Shown here piece by piece: positions 62,967 through 64,000 of a stretch of 64,000 bases of DNA; within the stretch, counting starts at the first letter, position 1; every line of letters starts with the position of its first letter. The stretch is from NCBI GenBank assembly GCA_023387335.1, contig JAEWIF010000003.1:135496-199495 (forward strand), read 5' to 3'. The DNA is from Pseudomonadota bacterium. Its GTDB lineage: Bacteria; Pseudomonadota; Gammaproteobacteria; Burkholderiales; Burkholderiaceae_C. Position numbers and translations under genes: made by a program. The notes beneath the pieces are model-generated. The model had not been told where the DNA came from. It did not search any database and worked only from the letters and a program-made list of their open reading frames with translations.

Positions 62967-63641
62967 ATGCGCATCCTCATCGTCGAAGACGACCCGCAGC
63001 TGGGCGACGCCCTGTCGACCGGCCTGCGCCAGCGTGGGCATGCGGTGGACTGGTTGCGCGACGGCGAACGTGCGGATGCGGCCCTGGCAGGGGCGCCTTA
63101 CGACGGGGCGCTGCTCGACCTGGGACTGCCCGGAAAGGACGGGCTCGCCTGGCTGCGCCGCTGGCGCGACCAGGGCCATGAGCTCCCGGTGTTGATCCTC
63201 ACCGCCCGCGATGCGGTGGAGCAGCGTGTCGATGGGCTCGATGCCGGCGCCGACGATTACCTGGTCAAGCCGATCGCCCTGGACGAGCTTTCGGCGCGGC
63301 TGCGCGCCGTGCAGCGCCGGTCCGCCGGACGCGCGCGCGCCATCTGGCGACAGGGCTCGCTGGAGTTCGTGCCGGCGTCCCGCGAGGTCCGCTGGCGCGG
63401 CCAGCCGGTGATGCTCACGTCGCGCGAGTGCGCCCTGCTGGAAGTGCTGCTGTCGGAGCCGGAGCGGGTGCTGTCCAAGGCCCGCTTGCAGGAGAAGCTC
63501 CACGACTGGAGCGGTGGCGAACCGGAGGGCAATTCGCTCGAGGTGCACGTGCATCACCTGCGTCGCAAGATCGACCCGAGCGTGATCCGCACGGTGCGGG
63601 GCGTCGGCTACGCGTTGGGCTCGTGCGGGGATGACGCGTGA
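62967..63641 (+). CDS. OmpR-family response regulator (QseB/BasR-like)
   Basis: MRILIVEDD, LLDLGLPGKDG, LTARD, GADDYLVKP, EVHVHHLRRK, TVRGVGY. Confidence 0.93.
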   Translation: MRILIVEDDPQLGDALSTGLRQRGHAVDWLRDGERADAALAGAPYDGALLDLGLPGKDGLAWLRRWRDQGHELPVLILTARDAVEQRVDGLDAGADDYLVKPIALDELSARLRAVQRRSAGRARAIWRQGSLEFVPASREVRWRGQPVMLTSRECALLEVLLSEPERVLSKARLQEKLHDWSGGEPEGNSLEVHVHHLRRKIDPSVIRTVRGVGYALGSCGDDA

Positions 63642-64000
63642 GCCTGCAGCGCCGACTCATCATCTATCTCGTGATCTGCGCACCCCTGGTGTGGGCGGTC
63701 GCCTTCGCGTACTCGTTGAACCGGGTGAGGCACGAGGTGGACGAGTTGTTCGATACGGAGCTGATCCGGTTCGCGCGGCAACTGCAGACCAGCGTGCCGG
63801 TCGTGCCGGCGGGCGAAGCCTGGACCTCGCCGAACGGAGCAGGCGACGCCGGCCCGGCGGACCTGCGCGACATGGCGGTCGCCGTGTGGGATGCGAAGGG
63901 GCGGCTGGTGGCGGTGGATCGCGAAGGCGGCCAGCTGCGCCACCTGCCGGACGCCTCCGGATTCGTCGACGACACCGTCGCCGGCGATCGCTGGCGCGTG
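63638..64000 (+). CDS. Sensor histidine kinase (QseC/BasS-like), 5' part
   Basis: GTG overlapping the regulator stop; SLQRRLIIYL-TM-HEVDELFDTEL; runs off the window. Confidence 0.85.
   Translation, partial: MSLQRRLIIYLVICAPLVWAVAFAYSLNRVRHEVDELFDTELIRFARQLQTSVPVVPAGEAWTSPNGAGDAGPADLRDMAVAVWDAKGRLVAVDREGGQLRHLPDASGFVDDTVAGDRWRV

Noticed and set aside
62694..63557. N-terminal extension making the RTX ORF 1495 aa
   Set aside because: The extension is antisense to the response regulator, and the repeat protein starts plausibly at ATG 62693.

Overview
High-GC betaproteobacterial chromosome segment (Comamonadaceae, Ramlibacter-like by gene content and protein style; taxon inferred). About 1-27.6 kb is mostly core genes: a vapBC-type TA pair just downstream of guaB, rnfH-ratA/smpB, an ECF sigma/anti-sigma module, rimP-nusA-infB-rbfA-truB-typA, arfB, yejABEF, fabI, a Tat-signal ATP-dependent DNA ligase, an amino-acid decarboxylase and nfeD-SPFH. 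About 27.6-55.4 kb is an accessory cell-surface region. It opens with a dense CTGTC/GACAG motif array in front of a MerR-HTH protein fused to a catalytically degenerate class III nucleotide-cyclase domain. It continues with a DUF3443-like protease-motif lipoprotein, vanZ, wcaI, yjbH and wza-wzb-wzc. These converge head-on with a manC-fcl-gmd-priming GT-wzx-GT-GT-acetyltransferase-acyltransferase-wzy run that has a lower-GC core, and a frameshifted phage holin-like remnant lies at the junction. Two paralogous Asp-box lipoproteins and a second vanZ close the region. About 55.3-64 kb holds a Pat-type acetyltransferase, a single-domain receiver, a large RTX-repeat protein and a QseBC/BasRS-like two-component pair. 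No rRNA, tRNA, CRISPR array or intact mobile element was seen. The best candidate for an undescribed system is the MerR-pseudocyclase with its operator-like array, which may regulate the adjacent EPS/lipoprotein island.
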